Below are positions 47,237 to 64,000 of a DNA stretch of 64,000 bases, in pieces (position 1 is the stretch's first letter; each line of letters starts with the position of its first letter). This DNA is from the human T2T-CHM13v2.0 reference genome, Homo sapiens. The notes below the pieces were generated by a model that was not told the DNA's origin, did not search any database, and saw only the letters and a list, made by a program, of their open reading frames with translations. A program made the translations under genes and the position numbers. Location: the NCBI RefSeq assembly GCF_009914755.1, contig NC_060928.1. One strand, 5' to 3'.

Positions 47237-47722
47237 TGAGATATGTTTTAATTTATTTTCTGTATATTTTGGAAATTCCTAGCAACCTTTGGCAAAAGCT
47301 AGAGAAAATTTTCCTTTTCAAAGTTCCAAAAACATTTTATTTAGTCTCTTTTATGATTACTCCTCACAATAATTAATCCTATTTTGGGCTGTTGATGATA
47401 GTCATTTGCTCTTGTCAAATAATGTATTCCTTTCCACATTTTCTTCTCTATTGTTAGGACAGTACTAAAACTTTGTAACTTTTCATTAGTTTTCACTTTT
47501 TTTACTCAGTTCTTCTCTGTGTCCAGCTGTACATTTGTTGTATCCTTTAATGTTTTCAAAACATTTTAATTTTTCAAAATTATTCATTCTCTAGATGTGT
47601 CTTATTATTGTCTTAAATTTCCTCCTAAATTCTACTTTATTGCTTTTAGTCTAACTTGAGATATTTTCATATAATGTTTTTGAACAAAAGGAAAAAACAT
47701 TGGTTATCATTTGCATTTAAGG

Positions 47723-48102
47723 TAATATGGTTTGGATCTGTGTACCCACCCAAATTACATGTTAAAATGTAATCCCCAGTGTTGGAAGCAGGGCCTAGGG
47801 TGAAGTGATTAGATTGTGGGAGTAGATTTTTCATGAATGGTTCAGTACAATCGCCTTGGTACTGTTCTCAGAATAGTGAGTGAGTCCTTGTGAGATCTGG
47901 TGGTTTAAAAGTATATGGCACCTCTTCTCTCTCCCCCTTGGTCCTGCTCCTGCCACGTGAGATGCCTGCTCCCTCTTTGCTTCCTGACATGATTGGAAGT
48001 TTCCTGAAGCCTCCCCAGAAGCAGAAACCACTATGCTTTCTGTACAGCCTGCAAAACTATAAGACAATTAAACTTCTTTTCTTTATAAAATCTCCAGTCT
48101 CA
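47723..48102 (+). mobile_element. MSTA/MSTB MaLR LTR
   Basis: ATATGGTTTGGATCTGTGT...GATTGGAAGTTTCCTGAAGCCTCCCCAGAAGCAGA...AATTAAACTTCTTTTCTTTATAAA. Confidence 0.9.
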
Positions 48103-48189
48103 TATGAGATATGTGAGGTTAGAATTGTCTGCTGTGGGTAAATTCATTGTTCTTTTCCAAAATTTACCTTAATAGGATTATTTCTATAG

Positions 48190-48665
48190 CATTTGACAGT
48201 ATTCATCATTTACGTTTTTGTCTTTTTCAAACTCTCCCTCCTACCTTAGGCGTACTACTTCTCCATAGAAGCTTTCTGTTTCTCTGCTAGTCCCTTAACT
48301 ATGTCTCAGAGTCTTATTCAGATTTGCCTATATTCCTTTCTCACTAAGCCTGCTCTACCTCTTCCTTTTTTCCATGTTTTCATCTCATGGTGAAGGCTCA
48401 CAAATCTCTATCATTTTTGCTCTCTCCCCTCAACTCCAGAACCATATAATCAGATTCTACTGGAGATCGCCACTGGGTTCAAATACCATAACATTAGCTT
48501 GTCCATCCCAACCTGATCCCAGCCCATGTATCCCCACCACTATTTGAAAAAGAAAAGAGTCAAGGATATCATCATTTGGATGCCACCTTCCTTCTCATCT
48601 TATGTCTTCCTTCTCATCCTATATCTCACAATACTCATCTAGTTCATCAAATTTAGCTTTTCAAT
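48190..48665 (+). mobile_element. L2 fragment
   Basis: TCACAAATCTCTATC...CTCTCCCCTCAACTCCAGAACCATATA. Confidence 0.55.
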
Positions 48666-48667
48666 AC

Positions 48668-49119
48668 CTATAGCAGATTGACTCATTCAACATCATTTCC
48701 AACCCCCTTTGATCTTGCCTTCTTGTATGTTAGAAACTGGAAAATGATAAAACTATATATTTCCAGACTTTCTTGTAACTAAGTCTCTTCGTGTGACCTA
48801 CATGCCACCAAATAGGGAAAAAAGCAGTAGTCACACTCACTGAATATCATAGCTCCTGCCAAAACTTAATGGTGGAGCTGTATGACTTTTTGTGGACTGC
48901 TAATGCAAAGTTTCTAGTATCATAGGTCCATAAGGATAAAGAATGATTAAACATTTCTCCTGACTGAGGTTTGTCTACCTCGATTTTCTTCAGGCTACAT
49001 AGCATCCAAACTTGATGCTTTTGTTCACCTAAGGATCCTGTGAACATCTTCTATACCTTTCAGCTTAAACTCACTTGAATAGGTTTTGCTGTTTTTAACT
49101 GAAAATCCTGAAGAATACA
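48668..49119 (+). mobile_element. ERVL LTR (LTR33-like)
   Basis: ATTTCCAACCCCCTT...ATTTCCAGACTTTCTTGTAACTAAG...CAGCTTAAACT...CCTGAAGAATACA. Confidence 0.55.
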
Positions 49120-51154
49120 ATATGTCTCAAATTTATTTTAATTTTCCCATCACATAAGTCACTACCTTTGTTCAGCCATTCTTTATCCCCATAAGAAAAG
49201 TCATAGTGTTTGAATTATTTGTTTTTTTATGTTCTCTTTTCAATTTTATCTTTTATTGATCTACAAAGATGTACATATTCTCGGGTATTTGTGATAATTT
49301 AATATAGTCACATAATTTGTAAAGATCAAATCAGTGTAATTGTGATATTCATCATCTTAAATCTTTATCTTTTCTTTATGCTAGAAACTTTTGAATTATT
49401 TTCTGCCAGCTACTTTGAAATATACAACAGATTATTATAAACTATAGTCACAGTACTGATCTATGAAATACTAGGTCTTATTTCTTCTATCAAACTGTGT
49501 GTTGTATTCATTAATCAACCTCTCTTTATTCCCCTCACTTGCCCCTCAACCTTTCCTGTCCTCTGGTCACCACCAATCTACTGTCTTCCTTCATGAGACC
49601 CACTTTTTTTGTTCCCATATGTGAACATGCAATATTTGTCTTTTTGTATTTGGCTTATATCATGACTTCCAGTTCTATCCATGCTGCTACAAATGACAGG
49701 ATTCATTCTTTTTTAGGCTGAATAATATTCTATTTGTATATATACAATTTCTTTATCCACTCATTCATTGATGGGCACTTAGGTTGATTCTATATTTTGG
49801 CTGTTGTGAATAGTGCTGCAATAAACATAGGAGTGTAGATAGCTCTTTGATATATTGATTTCCTTTATTTTTGATGTATACTCAGTAGTGTAATTGCTGA
49901 ATCATATGGAAATTCTTTTTTTAATTTTTTTAGGAACCTCCATATAGTTTTCCATACTGGCTGCATTAATTTACACTCCCACCAACAATATATAAGGATT
50001 CCTCTTTTTCTACATTCTTGTCAGCATTCGTTGTTCCTGTCTTTTTGATAAAAGCCATTTTAACTGGGGTGAAATGATATCTCATTGTGGTTTTCATTCT
50101 CATTTCTCTGATTATTAGTGATGTTGAGCTTTTTATCTGTTGGCCCTCTGTATTTCGTCTTTTGGGAAATATCTATTCAGTTCTTTTGTTTGTTTTTAAA
50201 TAAATTTTTTTTTTTTGCTAATTGTTCAAGCTCCTTACATAGTCTGGTTATTAATTTCTTGTCAGATGGATAGGTTGTAAATATTTTCTCCCATTCTGTG
50301 GATTGTCTCTTCACTTTGTACATGTTTTCCCGCTGTGCAGAAGCTTTTTAGTTTGATATAATCCTGTTTGTCTATTGTTGCCTACTTTGCCTGTGCTTTT
50401 AATGTTTTGCACAAAAATTCATTTCCCAGACCAATATCCTGGAGCATTTCCCCAAAGTTTTTTGTTAGTAGTTTTACAATTTGAGATCTTAAGACTTCAG
50501 TCTGTAATCTATTTTGATTTAATTTTTGTGTGAAAGGTGAAGATCTAGTTTTATTCTTCTGTGTTGATTATCCAGTTTCTCCAGCTCCATTTATTAAAGA
50601 GACTGTTCATTCCCCATTGTTTGTTATTGGAAACTTTGTTGAAAATGAGTTGGCTGTAAATATGTGGATTTATTTCTGGGTTCTCTATTCCACTCCTTTA
50701 GTATATATGTCTGTTTTTAATGCCAGTATTAAGCTTATTTGGTTATTATAGCTTTGTAGAATATTTTGAATTCAAAGGATGTGATGCCTCCAGCTTTGTT
50801 CTTTTTGCTCAGGAAAAGACTTTGACTACTTACTTTGACTACTCAAAGTCTTCTGGGGTTCCATATAAATTTTAGGATTTTTTTCTACTTCTGTGAAGCA
50901 TGACATTGTTTTTTTGATAGGGATTGCACTGAATCTATAAAGTGCTTTGGGTAGAATTGTCATTTTAACAATATTAATTCCTTAAATCCACAAACATGGA
51001 ATATCTTTCCAATTTTTTTGTGTCTTCTTCAATTCCTTTCACCAGTGTTTTGTAGTTCTTCTTGTATGGCTCTTCCAATTCCTTGACTAAATCAGTTCCT
51101 AGGTATTTTATATTCTTTGTAGCTCTTGTAAATAAAATTACTTAATTTCTTTTT

Positions 51155-51181
51155 TCTTTTCTTTTCTTTTCTGTCTTTCTT

Positions 51182-51212
<31 letters not shown>

Positions 51213-51486
51213 GAGACTAAGTCTTACTCTGTTGGCCAGGCTGGAGTGCAATGGCATGATCTCAATTCAATGCAACCCCCACCTCCCAGGTTCAAGTGAT
51301 TGTCGTCCTGTCTCAGCCTTCCAAGTAGCTGGCATGTGCCGTGCCTGGCTAATCTTTTGTAATTTTAGTAGAGATGGGGTTTCACCATGTTGGCCAGGCT
51401 GGTCTCGAACTCCTGCCCTGAAGTGATCCACCTGCTTAGACCTCCTAAAGTGCTAGGATTACAAGTGTGAGCCACCGTGCCTGGCC
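51155..51486 (-). mobile_element. Alu (AluS) with internal deletion
   Basis: Long T tail; TSD TTACTT(A/G)ATTTCTTTTT at 51138-51154 and 51489-51505. Confidence 0.95.
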
Positions 51487-52239
51487 AGTTACTTGATTTC
51501 TTTTTCAGATTGTTTGCTATTGGCATATATAAATGCCACTGATTTTCATATATTGATTTTGTGTCTTGCAAATTTACTGAATTCATTTATCAGTTCTAAC
51601 AGTTTTTCTTTTTTTTTTTTTTGGTAGAGTCTTTAGGTTTTTCTACGTATAAGATTATGTCATTTGCAAACAGGGCTAATTTGATTTTTTCCTTTTCAAT
51701 TAGAATGTCCTTCATTTATTTGTCTTGCCTCACTGCTCTGGTGAGAACTTCTAATATTATGCTGAATATAAGTGGTGAAAGTGGGCAACCTTGTCTTGTT
51801 GCTGATCTTAGAGGAAAGGCTTTCCATTTTCCCCTCTTCAGTACAATGATAGCTGTGGGTTTATTGCCTTCATTATTTTGAGTTTCATTCCCTCCACTCC
51901 CAACTCATTAAGGGTTTTTTATTATAAAAAAACCCTTTTTTATTAGTCTTGCTAGCAGTCTGTCGATTTTGTTGTTATAAAAAAAAAACCCGTAGTGCGT
52001 CGTGAATTTTATGGAATTTTTTTTCATTTTTTAAAAATATACTTTAAGTTCTAGGGTACTTGTGCACAACGTGCAGGCTTGTTACATAGGTATACATGTG
52101 CCATGTTGGTTTGCTGAACCCATTAACTCGTCATTTACATTAGGTATTTCTCCTAATGCTATCCATCCTCTTGCCCCCCTCCCCATGACAGACCCCCATG
52201 TGTGATGTTCCCCGCCCTATGTCCAAGTGTTCTCATTGT

Positions 52240-56097
<3,858 letters not shown>

Positions 56098-56160
56098 TAT
56101 GATGTTAGCTGGTTATTTTGCCCGTTAGTTGATGCAGTTTCTTCCTAGCCTCGATGATCT

Positions 56161-57185
56161 TTACAATTTGGCATGTTTTTGCAGTGGCTGGTACTGGTGT
56201 TTACTTTTCATGTTTAGTGCTTCTTTCAGGAGCTCTTTTAGGGCAGGCCTGGTGGTGACAAAATCTCTCAGCATTTGCTTGTCTGTAAAGGATTTTATTT
56301 CCCCTTCACTTATGAAGCATGGTTTGGCTGGATATGAAATTCTGGGTTGAAAATTCTTTTCTTTAATAATGTTGAATATTGGCCCCCACTCTCTTCTGGC
56401 TTATAGAGTTTCTCCCAAGTGATCTGCTATTAGTCTGATGGTCTTCCCTTTGTGGGTAACCCGACCTTTCTCTCTGGCTGCCCTTAACATTTTTTCCCTC
56501 ATTTCAACCTTGATGAATCTGACAATTATGTGTCTTGGGGTTGCTCTTCTCGAGGAGTATCTTTGTGGTGTTCTCCATATTTCCTGAATTTGAATGTTGG
56601 CGTGCCTTGCTAGGTTGCAGAAGTTCTCCTGGATAATATCCTGAAGAGTGTTTTCCAAATTGGTTCCATTCTCCCCGTCACTTTCACGTACACTGATCAA
56701 ACGAAGATTTGGTCTTTTCACATTGTCCCATATTTCTTGGAGTTTTTTTCATTTCTTTTTACTCTTTTTTTCTCTAAACTTCTCCTCTTGCTTTATTTTA
56801 TTAATTTTATATTCAATCATTGATACACATTATTCAACTTGATCGAATCGGCTATTGAAGCTTATGCATGCATCACGTAGTTCTCTTGCCATGTTTTCAG
56901 CTCCATCATGTCATTTAAGGTCTTTTCTACACTGTTTATTCTAGTTAGCCATTCATCTAATCTTTTTTCAAGGTTTTTAGCTTCCTTGCAATGTGTTTGA
57001 ACATCCTCCTTTAGCTTGGAGAAGTTTGTTATTACCGACCTTCTGAAGCCTACTTCTATCAGCTCATCAAAGTCATTCTCCATCCAGCTTTGTTGCATTG
57101 CTGGTGAGGAGCTGTGATCCTTTGGACCAGAAGAGGTGCTTTGGTTTTTAGAATTTTCAGCTTTTCTCCTCTGATTTCTCCCCAT
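56161..57185 (-). pseudogene. Disrupted L1 ORF1
   Basis: MGRNQRRKAENSKNQS..., KRPNLRLI, RATPRHIIVRF in separate frames. Confidence 0.95.
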
Positions 57186-60100
57186 CTTTGTGGTTTTATC
57201 TATCTTTGGTCTTTGATGCTGATGCCTACAGATGGGGTTTTGGTGTGGATGTCCTTTTTGTTGATGTTGCTGCTATTCCTTTCTGTTTGTTAGTTTTCCT
57301 TCTAAGTATCAGGTCCCTCAGCTGCAGGTCTGTTGGAGTTTGCTGGAGGTCTACTCCAGACCCTGTTTACCTGGGTATCACCAGTGGAGGCTGCAGAACA
57401 GCAAATATTGCAGAGCAGCAAATATTGCTGCCAGATCCTTCCTCTGGAAGCTTCCTCCCAGAGGGGCACCCACTTGTATGAGTTGGCCCCTTCTGGGAGG
57501 TGTCTCCCAGTTAGGTTACACAGGGATCAGTGACCCACTTGAGGAGGCAGTCTGTCCGTTCTCAGAGCTCAAATGCTGTGGTGGGAGAACCACTGCTCTC
57601 TTCAGAGCTGTCAGACAGGGACATTTAAGTCTGCAGAAGTTTCTGCTGCCTTTTGTTCAGCTATGCCCTGCCCCCAGAGGTGGGGTCTACAGAGGCAGCA
57701 GGTCTTGCAGAGCTGTAGTGGGCTGCACCCAGTTTGAGCTTCCCCATCCACTATGTTTACCCACTCAAGTCTCAGCAATGGCAGACACCCCTCACACTGC
57801 CAGGCTGCTGCCTTGCAGGTCAATCTCAGACTCCTGCACTAGCAGTGAGCAAGGCTCCACGGGTGTGGGACCTGCTGAGGCAGGCGCAGGATATAATCTC
57901 TTCATGTGTTGTTTGCTATGATCATTGGAAAAGCACAGTATGTGGGTGGGAGTGTCCCTATTTTCCAGGTACAGTCTGTCATGACTTCCCTTTGCTAGGA
58001 AAGGGAAATCCCCCAACCCCTTGTGCTTCTCAGGTGAGGCAATGCCCTGCCCTGCTTCAGCTCACCCTCCATGGGCTGCACCCACTGTCTGACCAGTCCC
58101 AATGAGATGAACCATACCTCAGTTGGAAATGCAGAAATCACTGTCTTCTGCATCAATCACACTGGGAGCTGCAGACCCAAGCTGTTCCTATTCGGCCATC
58201 TTGGAATGGAATCTTTTATGGGATTTTTATAGCATCTAATGAAATTATCATATTGTTTTTGTCCTTGGTTCTGTTAGTATGATGTATCACATCTCAATTT
58301 TCATATTTTGAACCATCCTTGCATTTCTAGAATGAATTGCACTAAATCATAGTGAATGATCTTTTTAACATGTTGTATTTTTGAATTCAGTCTGCTATTA
58401 TTTTGTTGAGGATTTTGTATCTATATTTATCAATGATAATGGCCTGTAGTTTTATTTTTGTTATATCCTTTTCTGGTTTTGATATCAGGATAATGCTGGC
58501 CTGGTAGAATAAGTTTAGAAGTATTCCCTCCTCTTCAATTTTTTTGAAAAGTTTGGTAGGATTGGTGTTAGTTCTTTAAATTTTTGGCAAACTCAACTAC
58601 AAAGCTATCAGATTCTGGGCTTTTCTCTGAGGAAAGACTTTTTTATTATAGCTTCAATTTGATTACTCATTATTGGTTTGTTGATGTTTTCTACTTCTTC
58701 ATGATTCAATCTCGGTAGGTTTTATGTGTCCAGGAATTTACTCATTTCTGCTAGGTTTTCCAATGTATTGGCACACAGTTGTTCATAATAGTCTATGGTG
58801 ATTATTTGTATTTCTGTGGTCTAAGTTGTTATGTCTCCTTTTTTATTTCTGGTTTTATTTATTTGGGTCCTCTCTCTTCTTATGTTAGTATAGTTAGTTT
58901 GTTAATTTTATTTATCTTTTCAAAAAACCAACTTTTCATTTTGTTGATATTCTGTATTTTTTTAGTGTCAATTTTCTTTATTTCTGCTCTGAAGTTTATT
59001 ACTTTTTTCCTTCTGCTAATTTGGGGTTTGGCTTGTTCTTGCTTTTCTAAATTCTTTGAGGTTCATCATTAGGTTGTTTATTTGAAGTTTTTCTGCTTTT
59101 TTGATGTAGGTGTTTATTGCTATAAACTTCCCTCTTAGCACTGCTCTTACTGTATCCCATAGATTTGGTATGTTGTATTTCCATTTTTCATTAGTTTCAA
59201 GAATATTTTAAAATTTTCTTCTTTATTTCTTCATTCACCCATTGGTCATTGAAGAGCATGTTGTTTGATTTCCATGTGTTTGTGTATTTTCCAAAGTTCC
59301 TCTTGATATTGATTTCTTGTTTTATTATATTATGATCTGAAAACATACTTGATATGATTTATGCTTTTGACTGCATTATTTTCTGTTGTTTCTCCTACTT
59401 TCATACTCAGATGTGGGAAGTTTTTCATATTTACTAAGTTGTATGCAACAACATTTAATTGTGATTGCTATGTATTTTTGTGGGGATAATTAATAGGTGT
59501 GAGTGTGTGTTTACATAAAAATAATGTCATCTTTCCATAGCTAAAGCTTGAGATTTTATTTTTTCAAAGATGAAAGAAAAAAATATATCAGTCCCCAGTT
59601 TGTTCTCCTCCTCTCAAATCATATCATTATGATACAATAATATCATAAAAACTTCAAGAATTGGCATTGACGGAAAAAATAAAACAAATCTATATTTTTT
59701 CATAAATATCTAGTGCAAACTTATGAGGAAAGATATTCACTATTTTTTTACTTTAATTTTCCCACTTTTTTCACTGTTATCTCACAATGTAATGCCTTGC
59801 TAGTGGTTGTAAAGTTTATTTTATAGCAGACACAAGAGTTAACTTTTGTCTGAAATTCTTCATGTGTGGCATTAGTTTAGTCCAAAGTCTACATTTAAAT
59901 AGATAAATTCCATTTATAAAAACTGCATTTCAAGCCAAAATTGTTTTCAGGGTATTTGACTGCAGTGTGCTGCTGAAAGCCAGTCTTCAGGGGATTCCTC
60001 CTTTTTCTTTCTGTCTTTTCTACTTGGGAAATCCCCATTTCAGTAAATAGTTACTATTTAAGGATTCTCTTATATTTCCTTTTTTAAATTTATCATCAAT

Positions 60101-60441
60101 CTAGTTGTAATACATTAGTAGATGGTCTATTTTGGGTATTTAACCCTTGGGATATCTCTTCTATGAAATATCATTTTCTTCTTTTAACTTAGGTTTTAAT
60201 TGTCTCCTCTTCTTCAAAATCCTGTCCGCTCTTCTCTGTCCTAAACAAATATGTTACCCTCCCCTCAACCTTCAAGCTACTACTCTGTTCTTTTTCTTTT
60301 ATGGCAAAGAAATACCCGTTTAAATTTGCTTTCATTTTCTTCTTACTCTTCCTTCTTGCCAAAATGTGGCTTCTACTCTGAGCATTGTGCAGTAGATGTT
60401 TTTTCCATCACAAACTAGCTTCCTAGTTACCTAATAAAGTA

Positions 60442-60675
60442 AGAATTTACATTTATTGAATGCTTATTATGTGTCCAAAATGATGATGTTTTATATAAAT
60501 TACCTTCTTTAGATCCTTACAATAACCTTATAATTATGTGCTATTATTAACTCTATTTTGTCTTTGAAATGACTGAGTCACAAAGAAGTTAAATAACTCA
60601 CCCATTTTCACACACCTAATGAGTGGCTGAGTCAGAATTAAAATCCTGCTGCCATAACCACTCTGCATCATGCCT
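60442..60675 (-). mobile_element. MIR SINE
   Basis: ACATTTATTGAATGCTTATTATGTG...ACTGAGTCACAAAGAAGTTAAATAACT. Confidence 0.85.
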
Positions 60676-60769
60676 ATTTCCTGGCAGTGTTCAATCTAAT
60701 ACAATTATTAGTATCATCCTCTTTAATCTCTCTGCTAATTCCTATACAGTTAAGCAATCCTTCATTCTT

Positions 60770-61995
60770 AATTTTTTTTCTTTTGAATTTGAAATAAGTA
60801 TGGACTAGAGAAAGTTGCAAAAATAGTATTAATATGTAAAGTCCTATGTACCTTTCACCCAGTTTCCTCCATTGACAACATCTTGTATAAATGTACTCCA
60901 ATATTAAAACTGGGATATTGAAATTGGTAATCTACTGGTAACTAGACTACAAACCTTGCTCAGTTTTCACAAGTTGCTACATGCATCCATTTGTTTTTCT
61001 GTGTTTGTATGAATTTTCTCCCACATGTAGATTTGTGTAGCCACCACTGTAATCCGTAACCATAAAAGAACTTCCTTGTGCTTTATATTTGACACTCCCT
61101 CACCCACTTCTCTTCCTGTCCTCTGTTAACCTCTAGGCTGCTCTTCATCTCTATAATTTTGTCATTTTGAGAATTATATACAAATAGGATTATACACTGT
61201 ATAATATTTTGAAATGGACTTTTTTCAGTAAGCAAAATGACCTTGAGATTCATCTGGATTGCTTCATGTAGGAACGCTTTATTCCTTTACATTGATGAGT
61301 AGTATTCCATTGTGTCGTGGTTTCAAATTTTGTTTGCCCTTCAGTCAATGAAGGACATTTATGTTGTTACCAGGTTTTGTTTTGTTTTTTGCTATTACAA
61401 ATAAAAATGCTATAATTATATGTGTTTATTTGTTTGCATGAACATAAATTTAATTTCTTAACATGAATGTCCAGGAGTGTGAATCCTATGTAGTATGGCA
61501 AGTGCACGTTTCATTTTATAAAAAGCGGCCAAACTATTTTCCAGAGTGTTTATACCATTTCACATTGCTACCAACAATGTATTAGATACAGTTAGTCCAC
61601 ATTCTTCCTAGTATTTAATATTATCACTTTTTTAAAAAAAATGGCTACTAATAGGTGTATAGTGATATCTTAAGGTGGTTTTAATTTTCATTTCCCTAAT
61701 AGCAAATTTTGTAAAAAAATTTTCAAGTTCTTGTTTGCTATCTGAACTCCCATTTTAGTGAATAATCTGTGTGTGGGTTTTTTTTTTTTTGCTTTGTTTT
61801 TTGTTTGCTTATTTTCGAATTGGATTTTTGCTACTTCACTGTTGAGTTTCGAGAGTTTTCATACATTGCATTTTCATACATTGTCAGATACGTGGTTTGC
61901 AAACATTTTCTCCCAGACTGTAACTTACTTTTTCATTCTCTTAACATATGTTTCATAGAGGAAAAGTTTTCAATTTTGATGAGATCCAGTTTATG
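60770..61995 (-). mobile_element. L1MC/L1MD-type 3' fragment
   Basis: AAGTTGCAAAAATAGTA...CCTTTCACCCAGTTTCC...GCCAAACTATTTTCCAGAGTG...TTTGCAAACATTTTCTCCCAG. Confidence 0.8.
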
Positions 61996-62387
61996 GGAAC
62001 ACCCCACATGTCATTCCTCAACTCCTGACTTTAGTCCTTATCCGTTCTGTCTTCTTTTTGACTTCCAGAGATTTTCTATATTTGTTATACTATTTCCAAT
62101 GTATTTCAATTGTCAGGTGGTGATATAGGGAGGAATAGGTCTACTGCCTCTTCTCTGGAACCAGAAGTCAACTCTCATTTAAAAAAATTGCCGATCTTCA
62201 CTGTCTGTTCTCTTTCTATCAAATCTTTAATTTAGACATCTTTCCAAGACCTATTCTAGTGCCTCTTAACCCCCTCCCTTTCATTGTCTACAGTTTCTTG
62301 ACAGTAACAGTCAACCTCTGGACGAAATCTTAATTTCCATTTAAATAATTCCTCAGTTTCTCAGTTTATACTTCTAGCGTAAATCTC

Positions 62388-62503
62388 AGAACTTTATTTT
62401 CATATTTTCATTTGGATATCTTCTCCAAGGTTTTTTTATATATATTTTTATCTGGATATTTCCTTAGAACTTTGTTTTCATATTTTCATCTCGATACCTT
62501 CTC
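62388..62503. repeat. Degenerate ~39-bp tandem repeat, 3 copies
   Basis: AGAACTTT.TTTTCATATTTTCAT.T.GATA.CTTCTC at 62388 and 62466 with a diverged middle unit. Confidence 0.75.
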
Positions 62504-64000
62504 TAAAATAGCCCAACGACACATCAGATTAAATTATTTTGTAACAAGGGCAATATCTTGGAAATAACAATAAGCTTTTTTTCCTGCCTTCTAAGTAGAA
62601 GAGATGCTCATCTGCCTATTGGACAAAGATGGTTTCATAGAGGATGAGGAAAGACTGAAGAAAAAAAGAGCAACATTCTGATGTTCCACATGGGATTTTT
62701 ACAGTAAAAACTTGAAACGTAAAGTTTGAGAAGAAAGAATTTTCTAAATTCCTTTAACCTTCATTTAGCATTATTAAGGCCCAGGCAAGGAAAACCTAAT
62801 TGTGAAATCTCTCCCATAGTCCACCAGTCTACTATACACTCTCAGCCATGAAGTGAAATTCAAGAACAAGGTTATTAATTGAAGGATGTAAAAGAGAAGC
62901 CTGCCCCTTTTGGATCTAGGAGGTTATTGAAATGGGTTGCAGACTGCAGAAAGGAATGGAGAGCTCAGTGTCAAGGATCATGTTTTCAAGTCTCCTCTCT
63001 TCTCCTGGGCCAACCCTAAGGAGGTTGTATGGTAGCCTTGGAAGTATCTAGGGGCTTAGTGGAGGCAAGGCAAGGGAAGAAGGCTTTTAGTCTTCTTTTG
63101 AAGAACATTGTTCTCAGGTTGTGTCTGTACCAATTCAACTCTAAAATTTTATAAGAAGTGTAATATTTGTCAACTCAGCATGATAGTGTTTTAATCTGAT
63201 CCCCCCACTAATCCTTGTAACTGTTATTGTTTTGAAAAATAGCCCCTCTCTCTATTGAATATGTACTATATGTATCCCCTCCTGTGACAGAGGAAATCTC
63301 ATTGTGAATTCTGCATATGCATATGTCTGTTAATGTTCCATCCATTAGGAGATTGATGATGTGGAAGTTTAACGAAGGATGAAAGACAAGCTGTACCCAG
63401 GTGTGCAGAAAGGAATGAGTCAGGTACACAAGAGAAATCACTAGGAGTTAGTGCCAGAGGCAAAAAAAAAAACTGAGAAATCAATGAAGAAAAGAAGTTG
63501 GAAAGCCTGTAGAACTGCAAAGTTTGGGACTAAAATGCTGGGAACTTGGGCATGAGAGGACATTTCTACTTAGGCATCAGAACCAGAATTAGCTACCCAC
63601 TTCTTTAGTTGCCCAGGAACCTAGAGATGAAGCAGCAGAAAGACAGAAATATTTCTAAAGTGTTAAAAGAAAAAAAGGAGAAGCATAAAAACAGAATCAA
63701 ATTTGAAAAGAATGTAATGTGGCATAGGCTTAGCCAAAAGTAATTTAACAGATGGCAAAATGTATAAGATGCATAATGTGATCCTGAGCAGTGACTATCA
63801 AATATTCTGTAAAGTCTTCTAAGCCCATGAATACTTTGTGGGGAAACATTTTGATGTGTGGAAACTGGAGAAGGGCTATTTTTATGTCTACATTCATGTA
63901 GCATAAAGCAAAGGCAGCCCTTGAGAATTCAAGATCTAGAGCACTGTAACCCACCAGAAATCTCTAGAACATTGGAGCAAGCCTTGGAAATTTACCACCT

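Noticed and set aside
57340-57921. 193-aa + strand ORF
   Set aside because: It lies wholly in the antisense L1 5'UTR and starts at a non-ATG codon; only the ORF0-like tail is meaningful.

Overview
AT-rich, CpG-poor primate (probably catarrhine) genomic DNA that looks intronic or intergenic and is dominated by transposon fossils: L1MA/L1MB/L1MC/L1ME/L1PA/L1PB, Alu/FLAM, L2, MIR, MaLR and ERV LTRs, and hAT/Tigger DNA transposons. No host protein-coding gene, RNA gene or CRISPR array can be supported, and the recognisable ORF-track entries are L1, Alu or LTR debris. The most unusual structure is a ~9 kb L1PA7-like insertion (38275-47236) bounded by one perfect 13-bp TSD. It contains two L1 3' ends sharing non-consensus bases, ~4.5 kb of non-L1PA genomic DNA between them, and a ~4.5 kb internal L1 deletion patched by an inverted 86-bp copy of its own 5'UTR. 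Other points are a templated fold-back scar beside a full-length L1PA6, several nested insertions, local duplications, a CTCF-like motif and weak exon/enhancer candidates. Subfamily names come from recalled consensus sequences and need RepeatMasker/Dfam confirmation. Boundaries of old repeats are approximate.
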